Of a stretch of 64,000 bases of DNA, positions 1 to 13,000 are shown one piece after another (positions within the stretch are counted from its first letter, which is position 1; the number at the start of each line of letters is the position of its first letter). The stretch comes from Podarcis erhardii. Lineage: Eukaryota. The position numbers were made by a program, and so were the translations under genes. The stretch lies in assembly GCA_964252035.1 (NCBI GenBank), contig OZ176207.1. One strand, given 5' to 3'. The notes beneath the pieces were generated by a model. That model had not been told where the DNA came from. It made no database searches and was given only the letters and a program-made list of their open reading frames with translations.

Positions 1-825
1 GTATGTTCAGTTATTTAAAAGACCAGATTTTAAAAATCTGGTTCTAACACTGTGTAAACACTTTAAGGAAGAGAACTTATAAAAGGATCTTAAAGTCTTT
101 TCTAGTTCAGCATGTTCAGTGTTTGGCAGTGAACAGCTTGTGTGCACATGACCACATTACTGTATTTTTAGAAGTGCTTGATAAATTAATACTATTCTAT
201 TTATATACATGATTTTATATTGCCTTCCCCAAAGCTGCATTCAGATAAAACCACAAATAAACCAGCAATCCTGTGCACGCTTGGGGAATCACGGAACAGT
301 ATTAATGCACTCTGTGTCTACGTTGCATGTTCCTGACTGAAATTATGTTGGGTCCTATTTTCAGATCCACACAAAATGGTCTCTAGGGTGTGTTTTTTTA
401 AAAAAAATTAATCTAGCAAGATGATCTGGGGATTGCTGTTTATTCCTCTTGCTTTCGTTAACCATTAGGACATTGTATGGAAAACAGGATGGCTGTGCTC
501 CCCTGGTACACGTGGGAACCATTTTTTTTACTGGCCCTGCCCCCCAGGCAGGGACAGCACATCATGACATCCCAACCCTACCAGGAACATTTTCAGGCAC
601 ATACATTTTAAATGTGCACAACAGGCACACACTTCGTACCCACTCTGAAGAAATGGTAAAAGGGGCAGATTCTTTTTTAAAAAATGGAGGCAGTTGTCGG
701 ACCACTTGTTCCTATTTGATGGGAGTATGGATTCTAGGGTTTAGCATGTTCTGACATGCAGGTTACTTTGGGAGCTGTGAATTGGGTGATTTTGCTTTGG
801 AATGCAAGTCAGTATACAGTGGGGA

Positions 826-1002
826 CATAAGATCATAAGAAAAGTCTGTTGGATCAGGCAGATCACCCATCTAGTTCAGCATCCTACTCTAACATTGGCC
901 AACCAGCTGCCTGTGGGCAGCCCAGAAGTAAGACCTGAGCACAAGAGTATTCTCCCTTCCTTTGGTTTCCAGCAACTGGTGTTCAGAAGCATACTCCCTC
1001 CA
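826..1002 (-). mobile_element. Squamate retroposon 3' end (CR1/L2-type tail), decayed
   Basis: The reverse complement ends ...gcctgatccaacagacttttcttatgatcttatg and resembles the + strand copy at 15681-15840, so it is the same family in two places. Confidence 0.6.
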
Positions 1003-2553
1003 AGCAAGCAAACAAACATAGAATTTCATTGAGACTCAAAACAAAAAAGCTCTATTTAAACACACCCACCCATCAGTAATCCAGTATTATAATGATAAGT
1101 TGGAGTTCAGCCTACCATTTTGGCAAAACTGTTTGATATGTCAGTTGATATGTAGAGCCAATTGGGAAAATTCAAGTCACTGCTTTATGTTGCAGTTTTG
1201 TTTTGCCCATGCCAAGTACTTCTGCAGTTGCAGAATAGATTTTTTAAATAAAAAACTGCTTACCCTCACACTCAAATTAGAAATATATTTTGGAAAAAAG
1301 TGTCAGAAAAAGAAATACTGTATACCAAAATACTGAGTGGGTTTCATTTTATTATGGATTTATTTCAGCAAAAAATGTTTTTTAAAATAAAAAAATAATA
1401 ATCATTATAAGCTGTTTTAAATCTTCAGCCTGATACTGGTATTTAATACTGAACTTTTCATTTAAAGCATTGAACCATGTTTTTACTAGGATTGACATTT
1501 TTTCTTTTTCCTATGGACGGTATCATTATATTAAATCCAAAAGCTCAGTAGTTAAAGCTTTTTCTAGGATGTGGATTGGAGAATTCTGCATCTGTTGGAT
1601 TTCTGCATGCAATGCAGCTGTTGACACTTCCATTTTTTAAAAAAATAGTGATCTTGTATTTACAGTCTAACATTACATGGACAAGTGATAGAACTGCATT
1701 ATAATGCTTTTCGTTTCACAATTACATAGTCTCTGTGTGCTCTGCTTCTGAGTTGCCTTTCATCCTGCCCTTTGTCTCTTTTTGTATGGAAATGGATGCC
1801 TCATAAAGAATGCTATCAAATTCAGTAACTGGTAAAAGGATACCATTTCAAAGGTGGAGGGGGATTTGACACATTCCAAGGGACGAGTCACTGAGCCCTC
1901 CTGTTTCAACATGGCTGCTTTGCTGAAATATTAAAGCTGGTGGCATGCTGCTAAATCCCTTTGTACACTCCCTCTTAAGAATTCCACAATGTGGATAACC
2001 TCCAACCCTTTGACTATATGCAAAGTAGAAAGCTTGAATCAGAGCATTGTGCTGTAAAAAGTTAGGATGAAGAAGGCCTAAAAAAACTCACCCTACTGGT
2101 TGTTTTGGACACTCAATATTCAAAGCATGTGGAAAAGAAAAGAACTCATTATGACTCAGGTTCCATTAATTAGATGTAAATTAACATATTTAGTCTCTTA
2201 ACACAAAAGAAGGTAACTGGAATTCGGCAAGCCCAGAGGACATGGAAATTCTAATTAGATGAGAACATAGCCAGGAACAGAACTGTAAGGCACTGGTGAA
2301 CTTGAGCAACCATAAACAGTGTGTGTTTGTTTGGCGTTTTAAGTATTGTACATAGCTTTTTTCTCTTGAGAAGGGGCAGGAGGGCAGGTCAGTATCCTCT
2401 GGGATAGCACCTCCTACCCAATTGGGAGGCACAGCCATCTTGATGCCTGGCTCCTCTGGGGAGGGGTCCAATTCTTTCCCAGACTTGTTCTGACAGCAGC
2501 CAAGTATCAGGGGTTTAGCAGTATTTTAAAATTAAGGAAGTTTTCTTCTGCCT

Positions 2554-3074
2554 TGTAACTTGAATGAAGAAAGACTTCTTTGACCTCCCTCCTCTCTAAA
2601 AAAGCACATCCAAGCCAGATATGGGCCCCTCACAGCACACTGGGGGGGGGGGGTTATCAGGAGGGCCTGATTAATTTAATGGGTGTGAAGGAGCGTCCTC
2701 TTCTGAGGAGCAGTGATGGCATTAGAGTCCCAGATGACTTCACAGTCCCAGGAAGGCATTAGAGTTCACCCCACTTCCTCACTCTTCTCAAGAAAGGAAG
2801 GGGGAATTGAAGAGGGGAAGAGGAATTAGTTTAGCTCAAAACAGGGGACTTCCAGGCCAAAGTGGCTCCCCTAAGGAAACTTTCCTTCCTCCCCTATAAA
2901 AGGGGATCAGGCAGAGCCAGAGTGTGTTGCTTGTTGGTTCTCCTTTGGGCAAATGTTTTCCTGAACTGTGGGTAATATCCGAGGTCAGTTTCAATTTTGT
3001 GGTTTTTAATAGCCTCTAAGAGTTCTGGAGAGAGTTGACCCTCTTGACTTTGTCTCTCAGCTTCCTTTTTAACA
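2554..3074 (+). mobile_element. Possible solo LTR-like element containing a TATA box
   Basis: Starts TGTAAC, could end ...TAACA, has an 11-bp direct repeat (ggcattagagt at 2718 and 2755) and TATAAAAG at 2895-2902. No matching TSD or AATAAA was found. Confidence 0.3.
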
Positions 3075-4503
3075 GTTTCCTTATTTCTGAGAAGTTTCCT
3101 CTTTTGAAGTCAAATGTGACTCTGTTGGGCTTTCTTGGCAATTGTCTACTTACATGCGTGGTGCGTTGCCCTTTTCTTAGCACAAATGAAAATTAGCCCA
3201 TTGACAGGGAAGCTGCTGTTGCTGCTGCTGATGACATTTTATCTCCCTCTTCAGTCAGTAAAGGTCCCCAGAGCTCCTTACAGATCACTTCTTTAAACGG
3301 ATGGTTCTTCCTTTTAGGCTTACAGCGTAAAAAGGCATGGCACAAAAGGAAAATGGAGTGGGGAGGAAGAAGAATTGAGCAAACTTAGGTGCAAGTTCAT
3401 CATTTTAAATTGAGCTAATGGGTGGAAGAGCTGAAGGAGTGGAGGCACCCAAATCCTTTGGTCTGTCTGCCACACTTCTCAGCATGCCTTCTCTTCTTAC
3501 TTCTTTCCTGCTTCTGAATGGGCATGTTTACAATCGAGGTGTTACTTGCTAATTGTGACTGCAATGACTGGTCCGATGGGGTAGACAGATTACATTAAAG
3601 CAGCTGCTGAGCATGATGTTTCATTGTACTTTAGTAGAAGCAGAGACAGGGCTGGTTTAGACAAAAACATGCAGCATGCATGCAATAAATAGCCAGCAGC
3701 TCCAAGCTCAGGCGTTGCTCACCATTTTGGCACCCTCTTGCCCTGAGTTCCTGCTTGAGGACAGTGGCTGCTTACTACTCTCTGCCCTAGCTCACTAGCC
3801 ACCACTGAATCAGGGGCTGACTTTCCAGAAGGAGAAGAACATAATATTTAGAAAATGGGCCATTTGTTTAATTCTGAACAACTTACCAGGCTTATTCCAG
3901 TCAAGGATCTACTAAAGCAGATCTGCTGCTGTAAAGCAGAAGAACCAGCAATCCTGCTGCTCAGGAAAGCCTGTTGATGCCAGAACAAGCAGTACTCGGT
4001 TCTTCAAGTGCCATACAGAAATATATATCTTGATTGCAATTCTTAATGAATAGTTTGAAAAACAAAGATTTACACAGATAGAGATGAGCTTTTCAGCTTG
4101 CTTGCACTTCAGCTGGAGTCTTAATTTTGTTGCTGCTTTTACATATTGATGCTATCAATTTTAAGTAGAGGCCAACACCATCGTTTAAATAATTGTTTGG
4201 CAATGCTGGGAAGCAGACGTCCGAAAAACAGCAAAAATGTGCTTCAATATTATTTGGTAATTTGGGTTTCTCAAATGACTGTGAAAGAAATGAGAAAATT
4301 TCTTTTCACAGTCTTTCACATTTCCTCTGGCCCACCCACTCTGTTTTCCAATATTTTTCCAGACCTGTATGTTGTTGTTACTAGCAACCTCAACTGCAGA
4401 GGAATAAGAGAGGGGGCATAGCTCACTGATAGAGCGGAAACTTTCCATGTGAAAGGGTCAAATTTCAGTCCATGGTGTCATCATTTAAAAGGATTGTGTA
4501 GCA

Positions 4504-4618
4504 CAGGAATAGAGAAGCATGGCCCTTCAGAAGTTGCTGGACAACTGGGCAGCCTGGGTGGGACTGATGGGAGTTGTAGTTTAGCAACACCTGGAGGGCC
4601 ACAGCTTCTTCATCCCTG
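4504..4618. mobile_element. Short hAT-type MITE (near-palindromic)
   Basis: CAGG...CCTG termini, inverted arms tggcccttcagaagttgctg / tagcaacacctggagggccaca, and degenerate 8-bp flanks (gtgtagca / aggtagga). Related copies at about 25645-25737 and 62878-62990. Confidence 0.55.
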
Positions 4619-4624
4619 AGGTAG

Positions 4625-4742
4625 GAGACGATAGGAAGGATCTGTATCTGAGACCATGGAGAGCCGCTGCCTGTCAGGATACAAAAACGGAATTGATGGA
4701 CAAGTAATCTGACCTAGTATAAGGTCGCTTCCTATGTTCCTC
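4625..4742 (+). mobile_element. Squamate SINE/L2-type 3' tail fragment
   Basis: ccatggagagccgctgcctgtcag...gtataaggtcgcttcctatgttcct matches my recollection of a common squamate retroposon tail. Confidence 0.45.
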
Positions 4743-5367
4743 TGAAACTCCATCTCCCAATCATGAAGTTAGAACCTGGCTAAGCCTCCTTAAGACAAAC
4801 TTTTCATAGCTCGTGTCATTCAGGCCCATATCACCTCAGGTGCGACCATTTTTGATTCCTGAAAGCAAAAGAATGGAGAATTGAAAGAAAAGAACAATGG
4901 ATTTTGTTTTGTCTGGCAGTGCCAAACTTGCCCCCTTCTCTCCATGCATCCCTTTTCTACTCCAGATTCCATCAAAAAGAATTGGGAACCTTAAACCTTA
5001 AGCCACCTCCTTAATTGAGGTTTGTATAATAGAATTCACACCTTAAAAGCTTCTCAGTGGCCTCAGTAGCACTGCTGAGTGCCACAAGGCTGATTGAAGC
5101 GGAGAGCTCCTTTTTGAATCAAACTGTTAGCTCTTCTCCTGCAGATACGCTTCAAAGGAAAATAGATGCTTTGCTGGCCAGTTGCAATGTATGACAGCAT
5201 GCAAGGCGGCTAAGCAGAAGTTTACATGTAAAGACTGATTAAAAAAAAAAGTAGAGGAATATTGTGAAGCCCTCATTTCAGCATACAAATACAGAACGGA
5301 GGGGGCATAATTTGCTTGAAGTGGTAGACAAATTTCATGCACTGTTCAGGCCAAGGAGTGATTCAGG

Positions 5368-5550
5368 TCACATCAGTACTGTACATTTAAGGGGCATGGC
5401 TTCACCCAAAGAATCCTGGGAACTGCGGTTTGCTAAGAGTGGTGGGAATTGTAGTTCTGTGGGAGGTAAATTACAGTTACCCGGGGTCATTGGGGTGAGG
5501 GAAGCTATGTGCTTTAAATGTGGCTTAAATATATGGTGTAATACCCAAGA
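5368..5550. mobile_element. Palindromic lizard MITE
   Basis: Inverted arms catttaaggggcatggcttc...cctgggaactg and cagttacccgg...gaagctatgtgctttaaatg. Confidence 0.55.
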
Positions 5551-6930
5551 TGATTCAGTTCCTATTTAGGCATTAATCATGACAACTGAAAATGTGAGGG
5601 GGATGAGTGGACACAAGCCATTTGCTCCATGGGCTCCAACCCCCTCACCATCCTAGTCATTATCCACAAGTTGGAGAGTGACTGAATCTGGGAGACTTCC
5701 TCAACTCATAGGATCCCTATGAAACAAAGGTTCTAAAATGTCTGGAGATTCTTACCAAGTCTAGGAGGCTTCCCCACTGCAGACAGTCACCATGCAACTT
5801 ATAGAGGGGTATGGAGCTAGTGTTCTCGTGCCCATCCTCCCCATCCCTTATGGATACATGAATAGGGCCAAAGTCTTCAAACCGTGACCTTGCTATTTCG
5901 TTTTCAATTAAGTATTTGAAAGCCCTTCAAAACTAGGCATCATTCTGACATTGTAATATTGACATTTCACACGTACTTTATTTCACTGTTTCCCATGTGA
6001 AAATGAGAAGAAAGACTAGAGGTAATCTTAAAAGGATGTGAGGGCTTATATGGGGAGCTATTCCTTAAGGTATTCCTACAAAGGCCTATGAAGGACTTCA
6101 TTAGACCATTGGCCAGCACTGGTGCAGCTGGCTGATAATTAATGTATATGCTTCCATCTATCTCCCTGCCCTCATCAACGGATAACACAGGGTGCATCAG
6201 GCTTTCAGAAGTTTCTGAACCATTTTCAACCATATTCTTATGTAGCCTTCATTGTGATAATTGGTCCTCCAGGTTACAAAAGTATGAATGACAGTTACCA
6301 GAGTTCCATGTTCCAGGAAATGCAGCAGTCTGCAAATAAAATGGAGTTGACAGAAAGCATTATGGCAAACCTTCAAGAGGGAAAAAAGAGAGAGGATTTT
6401 CTAACAATTCTGCTTTCAAAATATATTTCTCAGTAGAAAAGGTATATGTGATCACTAAATTAAATACATTAAAATGTGATCGGTATCCTGTAGCAGTTGT
6501 CAGCTTCATACTCTTCTACCAGTGTGCTTACAGACTTTATGCTAAGTAGGAATAGATATAAAGCTGCTCTAATCTTACCACTAGTTCACTCTTATTATCA
6601 GAGTGACAAATTTTGACTTTCATTTCAACTTATTTTCTTAGATTTGGGATAAATCTACCCCAGTTATGAGTAATCATTGGAGAAGATTAAAAACTCCCTA
6701 GCAGGATATGAGTAGTTGTTGAATGATTTGAGTCAATTTACTGTGATACGGTCTGGAATCCAAAGAGCCAGTTTAGGAATGTTCATTGATTATTTTTCCC
6801 TTTAGCAGCAGACTTTGATGCACATTTAACAGAAAACCCCCCAAATGCCCTAAATAAATTGGGATCTAATTTAACATTCTGAAAATATGCATATTTTATA
6901 TTTTAGTTTGCTCTCTGTTTACCATGGCAC

Positions 6931-6961
<31 letters not shown>

Positions 6962-6978
6962 GGGGGGGGGAGAGAGAG
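6931..6978. repeat. Compound microsatellite (TG)n(AG)n(G)n(AG)n
   Basis: Directly visible. Confidence 0.9.
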
Positions 6979-7233
6979 GAATAAGCTTCATAGAGTAGTC
7001 CCCTCAAAAAAGTAAATTACAGTTTTCAGACCCCTATTTTTTTCCACCCTACATCACTGACAGATGTTCCAGGATATATCACAAACTGCTTTGAAAGGCT
7101 CTTTCTGTTTCCAAAGTTGTTTACATTGTGGAAATGAGAGCTACTGTTTGAGAAGTACAGAACCAAGGCAATTCTGGGTGCAAATAACTAATTGTGTAAA
7201 TGTTTTGATCCTGCCCATTTAAAATACAAGCTG

Positions 7234-7377
7234 AGCTGGGATAGCTCAGTAGAGCATGAGACTCTTAATTTCATGGTTGTGGGTTCAAGTCCCATTTGGT
7301 GCCAAAGTTTCCTGTATTGCAGCGGGTTGGACTAGATGACCCTTGTGGTCCGTTCCAACTCTGGAGTTCTATGATTT
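7234..7377 (+). mobile_element. tRNA-Lys(CTT)-derived SINE with CR1-like 3' tail
   Basis: Head tagctcagt-agagcatgagactcttaat...ggttcaagtccc, then ggttggactagatgaccctt...ttccaactct...ctatgatt, the same tail as CR1 ends in this window. Confidence 0.8.
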
Positions 7378-7941
7378 TAAAATGCATCCATAAGTGGCTA
7401 GGAAATAGTAGTCAGAGCAGCTTAGATTGCTGTAGGGAATATGAAAGCATTTTGAGTTTTTACTGTATTCTTCATAGAGACTAATGAAAATAAACAACTG
7501 TATTTGTGAAAATGGTTTATTTACAGAGCTGAAAATTGAGTTTATTGTGATGATTACACACTTCCAATATGCTTGGAAATGAAGCTTACTAGAAAGAGAT
7601 ACATCTCATATTCTTTTGAATGCAAATGATAGTTTATTTTTAAAATCAGAATTAAAACTGTTTTTTGTTTAAAACTTGAGAGATGAAACTGTTGCAATTT
7701 TGTGTGTTTGTGACCTGGACTATGTGGATTAATCAAGGGTGGAGACTCATATTTTGGGACAGTCACCTTCTGGCTCTTTCCCACCCTGTGGATTTATCCT
7801 CTAGCTTGCATTCACTTCTTCCAGGTTTTAGATTGTGCAATGCTAAAGCAAAGCAGCATTTTCCTCTATATAAAATGTTTATGGTTAAACATTTTAGCAG
7901 GAATATATAGATGCACCAAAATGGGGGGACACTTGACTTGA

Positions 7942-8612
7942 CCTAGGGGTCTTAGTAGACCATAGTAGACCATAAGCTTAACGTGAGTCGATAGTGTGAC
8001 TGCAGCAGCAGAAAAACACACACAAAAACACCTAATACAATTCTAGCCTTTATCAACAGATCTATGATGTCCAGATCAAAGGAAATAATAGCTCCCTTGG
8101 TCAGATCCCAAATGGCTGTATTGTGTAGAGTTCTGGGCACCACAATTTAAGAAGGATATTGACAAGATGGAACATGTGTAGAGGAGGTTGACCAAGATGA
8201 TCAAGGGTCTGGAAGCCAAGTCTTATGAGGAACAGTGGGGGGGGGGGTTTAGATATATTTATATAGAAGACTAAGATAGCCATCTTCAAATATCTGAATG
8301 GCTATCGCATGGCAGATGGATCAAGCTTGTTTTCTGCTGCTCCAGAGTGTAGGGCCTGAATCAATGGATTCAAATTACAAGAAAGCAGATTCTGACTAAA
8401 TATTAGGAAGAACTTTCTGATTGTAAGTGCTGTTCGGCCATGGAGTATACTACCTCAGAAGGTGTGGTGGATTCTCCTTTTTTGGAGGTTGCTAAATAGA
8501 GGTTGTACAGTCATCTCTTAGGAATTCTTTAGCTGTGATCCCTACATTGGAGGGAGTTGGGTTAGAAGATGATCCTTGGGCTCCCTTTCAACACTATAAT
8601 TCTGTGATTCTA
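7942..8612 (+). mobile_element. CR1 LINE, 5'-truncated 3' end, decayed
   Basis: ORF2 C-terminal remnants (ttctgggcaccacaatttaagaaggatattgacaa; aggaagaactttctga) and the 3' UTR ending ttctgtgattcta. Confidence 0.88.
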
Positions 8613-9689
8613 AGGGAATAAAATTATCAAAACTTGGTTTCCTTTCTATGCTAAATTTACTCTTTCTCAAAAATAAAATGAATTCAAACATTCAAACATG
8701 GAAAAATGTAAACATCTAAAGCTGTGGAACAAAAAAGAGGAAAAACATGCATTTTCTTAGAGACATCAGAGTATCAGAGAGGTTAAAGAGATGCTGATTT
8801 TTCTACTGAGTGCTATATTTAGAAATCGCATGTGTGGAAGAAATGTTGTGCTTGCACAGAGATTGAAAATCAAGTCAACTCCTTGGGCAATTTTATCACA
8901 GGAAACTTGCTTGTTTTGTTTTCTTTCAACAGCAACATTTTATTAAAATCTTTCATTTTGATAGAAATTCTATAGCTATGACTATTGCTATATTTTGGAA
9001 ATCTTCTCACTCGTGGGAACCTGTTAAATAGACTACAATACTTTCCTATTAAAAGACAGAATATAGTTTGAGGGGGAATAAAAGGTAAGCATTTTTCATT
9101 CCAAATGAGGATTGAAAATAAACATTTAAAGACTTGGTTAAATTGAGCCTAGAATTTCCTCTGGATAATTTCTATGAGTTTTATCCTGTGCTTCACAAGC
9201 AGAGTTCCATTCATACCACAGGACTTGCCCTTTCTCTCTTCTCCTTATGTGACCCCAAAATCTACTCAGAGGGTGCATGTGGGGCTCAAGGGAAGAAGAG
9301 GGGGGAAGTTCCATCATGCAAGTAGACGTCTGGCGCTCAAGCCTAACAGCACTGTTGGGACGAGATATGCTTATTAATTATGTTGATGTTTGTGCTTTCC
9401 TATGGATAGTAAACCTGCTAGAAGAAACCACTGATCAGTGTAATTGTTCTGTATTCATTTTAATACCTTATTGCCATTGTGTTTCTAGCTGCTCTGAAGA
9501 AATCACATTAAGCCGGAACATCAAATGAGAAGCAAGCATGCTGCACTGATTTACTGTCACACTTTGTTTGGCGAATAAATGTGTCCTTTCTGATTCCATG
9601 CTTGGGGTGCAATGTGGACTTAGATGCAGCCCAGTCCTTTAATCTTAAATGTAGTGGGAATTTTTCATGCGTAACTTGCCTAATTAAAT

Positions 9690-10065
9690 ACTTTTATTTA
9701 TAACTCGCTACCTAAGAAATTCAGAAAGTAGTTTCCAATCGCAACAAAAACATGTTATAACGTATAAAATTCAAAGTCAGTGAAACAGCAGAAAACATGA
9801 TATAAATCAATAATGAATAAAATGTAGTTGTTTGCTAAAGGCCCAGACCAAAACAAAACAAAACAAAACCCATAATGGACCTGCCCCCTAAAGCTCAGCA
9901 GATTAGGTGCCAGATGAGGCTGTTCTGAAGCTAGATCACCACCACAGAAAAGGTCCTAATTCCAGCTGCCCCCAAGTAACTTTTGAAGGCAGGGGACAAC
10001 CAGAGAAGGGTCTGCAGAGATTATTTTAACAAATCTGCAGTTCAAATGGAACCATCACCTATCTT
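9690..10065 (-). mobile_element. L2-like LINE 3' fragment, decayed
   Basis: ttttatttata tail followed by accaccacagaaaaggtcct...cagagaagggtctgcaga, similar in layout to 61800-62155. Confidence 0.45.
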
Positions 10066-13000
10066 AGTGAGAAACCTTTGCTTCTGAAGGAAGAAATTTC
10101 TTTTGCTGTACCAGCTAGCATCCTGAAGCAGATGTGGCACCATGCAAAAGAAGAAGACCTCTTCCTCCTCCTCTCTTTTCTAACCACAGCGAACTGCAGA
10201 GCTTGATCATCTGTGCCAAAGCAAACAGAACAAGAATCGGATGAACTTTACAAATGAGTAGAGCAAGGACAGCATTATTTTACCACACAGCATTTCCTCA
10301 GTCTTGGGGTAGGACAGATAGGACTGACTGTGGCCAGAGCAGAATTCTACTCCCCATGTACTAAGCAACCTCCCCTGTGGTTTGTACATCAGTCATGAAT
10401 TCCCCAATACTGTGGTGAGGAGAGCTGTATGCCTTTTCTCAGTTGGTGCCTGAGCCTGTCATGACCCTTGGTTTTGTGTCTCCTCTTCCAGTATAAAATA
10501 ACATATGAAAACAATAACAAGTGAATTCCATTATTTTGTTAAGAATCTTCAGTAATGCTTCTTCATGTCCCAGGAACATCACATACACACAATATGGATA
10601 ATACATGTCAGATTCTTGCAAAAGCAATAAATTACTTCCCTGTTCCATTATAATATGATATACACCTTTGCTTGGCCTTTATTTTAAGAAGGTACAATAG
10701 GATTGCGCTGTGCGTATCATATTGACTTGTTGTGTTCAACTATATAAACACTTCAGAAAAGTATCCTCTTTCCCTGTAGTGCAGCTAATAATTATTTTTC
10801 TTTATATCTGCCACATATGTGTGTCTCAATTTGGACAATATTTGGAATGCTGCTGTTTTGTTTTCTTTAACAGAAACACAATGCCACAATTATCAGTTTG
10901 TGAACAAGGTCACTGCAATAGACAGCAACATTGACGTGTTCCTAGGGAATGTACTAACCGTGAACTTTTATCCACAGGGGGGAAAATGCAAAATATTGGT
11001 TAAAGGCAGGGATTCCCTTGAAGTATGTAACAAAAAGTGATGGATTATACTGCAATGAACAAGAGCACTTATTTTACTCAGTGTAATAGAAGTCCTTAGA
11101 CATACGTTTGCAAATATTTATTTTACTCACTACTTTGGGGAAGATTTGGCAAATTGGCTAACTGATTACCGCTGTTACAGAAAGCATGCAGAGTCTTGTA
11201 ATCTAAATGTTAATTTGCTCATAGAGTTTCATTCTCTTCTGTGCAAAGAGAAAGAAAAGAGAAAATACTTTCCTGATTCCAGTTGTTATAATTATGCCAT
11301 GTTTTGTTTTTGTTTTCCTTAAATTGTTTTGGTTTGGTTTAAGTGGAGCTTTGTAGGTGGCCGAATAAGAACTTCAAAATTAGGCATTCTGTATAGCTTT
11401 GCCACATGCAGAAGAGAACCTTACAAATAAATAAAATTGAGCAGTCTGATAAATACTATAAAATGATGACATTCTGTATTTCAAACTGAAAACAGAAATG
11501 ATAAATATTTAGGTATCCTAAAAATCCCTCTTTTCTCACTAACCACAGTGAAATTAGTTGCTGCTTTTTAAATCGAGTCTCTAGCATAGCTTGAACAGCA
11601 GTGGAGTAATTCAACAAGCATTAGACGAATACTCACATTTTAGTGGCATCTGAGTATAATCAGAGATAGAATAATACATTTTAACTGCAGCATTATTTAA
11701 ATCATTGAACATGTGAGGGAAATTTAGGATACAGAGAATGCCAAGACAGCCAGAATGGCAATTGTATAATTAAAGGTGGCGTTTCCCTTTTGTTAACTAT
11801 CTAAGGCTGGTTGTGAGTTTAATCAGATATTTCCTGGTCCATGCTTTGGCTACTACAAAGCACTTTGGTGTCTTGGCAGTTCATGTCAGAGGATCTAATA
11901 TCTGCAACTATTAACTCCGTGCATTTTTCAGTCACAGAGAGCAGGCGTTTTGGGCCAGCTCCAAATTCTGCTGCGAATGTGTGCTGCTGGCAATGTTTTG
12001 TGAATTGGGGTAACATCATGCATTATTTTTGAACCTTGATTTCCAGTCACTTGTGAGGGAACATGAATTCCAGCAGTGCCTGAGTTGCTAAAGATCCCTC
12101 CAGTCTGGTGTAATGAATGAAAAGGCGATGCAGTTAATCAAGCCCTTTTGTAGGGTTTTGCATCAGGATCTGCTGAAGTATTGTTTTGTTGCTTGGCCCT
12201 TAAGCACAGATACTAATGGGAGGAAGGTCAGTAGAAAATTCCAGTCACAATCCCCATGCTAAAGTAGCAATAGTTGGCCTCTGTGATCCAAAATTTATTT
12301 TCACAATCTTACCTTAAGTTTGTTTACAGACATACTCCATTTTCAAATGATTTTGCTCTTTAATAATAATAAAAGAAGTGACTCAGTCAAGGTTCTCTGC
12401 ATTTAGATGCTCATGTTAAGCCTCTCAGAAGCTATGAACGCCCAGGCAATTGAGTCAAATTGAATGCTGGTTTATTGCCTTAGTATTTCCTGGCAGTTAG
12501 AAGTATGCACAATAATTGTTTGTATAGCACTCCCCCTCACACAATCAAGTTAATACATTTGAAGGTACAATATACTCATTCATTGAGTAGATTGGCGAAG
12601 GAGTTACCCATTATGGAATGTAGCCTTAGCTCCGTAGTTCTAACTGCAGAAGCCATCCCACTCAGACTTCAAGCATAGTTGTTTAATTTTTTAAAAATTA
12701 CTTTTATTTAAATTTTCCTGTGGTTTTAAAGAGGTAACAGTTCGCCGGCTTATGGTGAAAGCCTTCAAGGTTTCCAGAGGGGGTAGAAGTTGCAGTAAAA
12801 CCAACCATAAGTCTTTTATGGGCTTAAGCACACTTTGTCGGATGCAAGGTGTAATTATGACCTTTCCCACGGAGTTGTCTTGGGTCTCTGAGCCACCTTT
12901 TATGTTTTCAAAAATAAATAAATAGGTTTCCTGTAAAAACCAACAATGGTGTGTTGCTCTTACTTCAGTTTCTGCAAACACTTTTATAGCTATCAATGCT

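Noticed and set aside
7238-7305. tRNA-Lys gene (likewise tRNA-Ile at 60282-60350)
   Set aside because: The D-arm or acceptor stem is damaged and the sequence runs directly into a CR1-type tail with no T-run terminator. These are SINE heads, not tRNA genes.
10873-10935. Cadherin-like peptide KVTAIDSNID after a good acceptor, resembling exon 12 [10 protein letters not shown]
   Set aside because: Only 6 of 9 residues match, flanking similarity is absent and the donor (AG|GTCACT) is poor. A match this short is plausible by chance over six frames of 64 kb.
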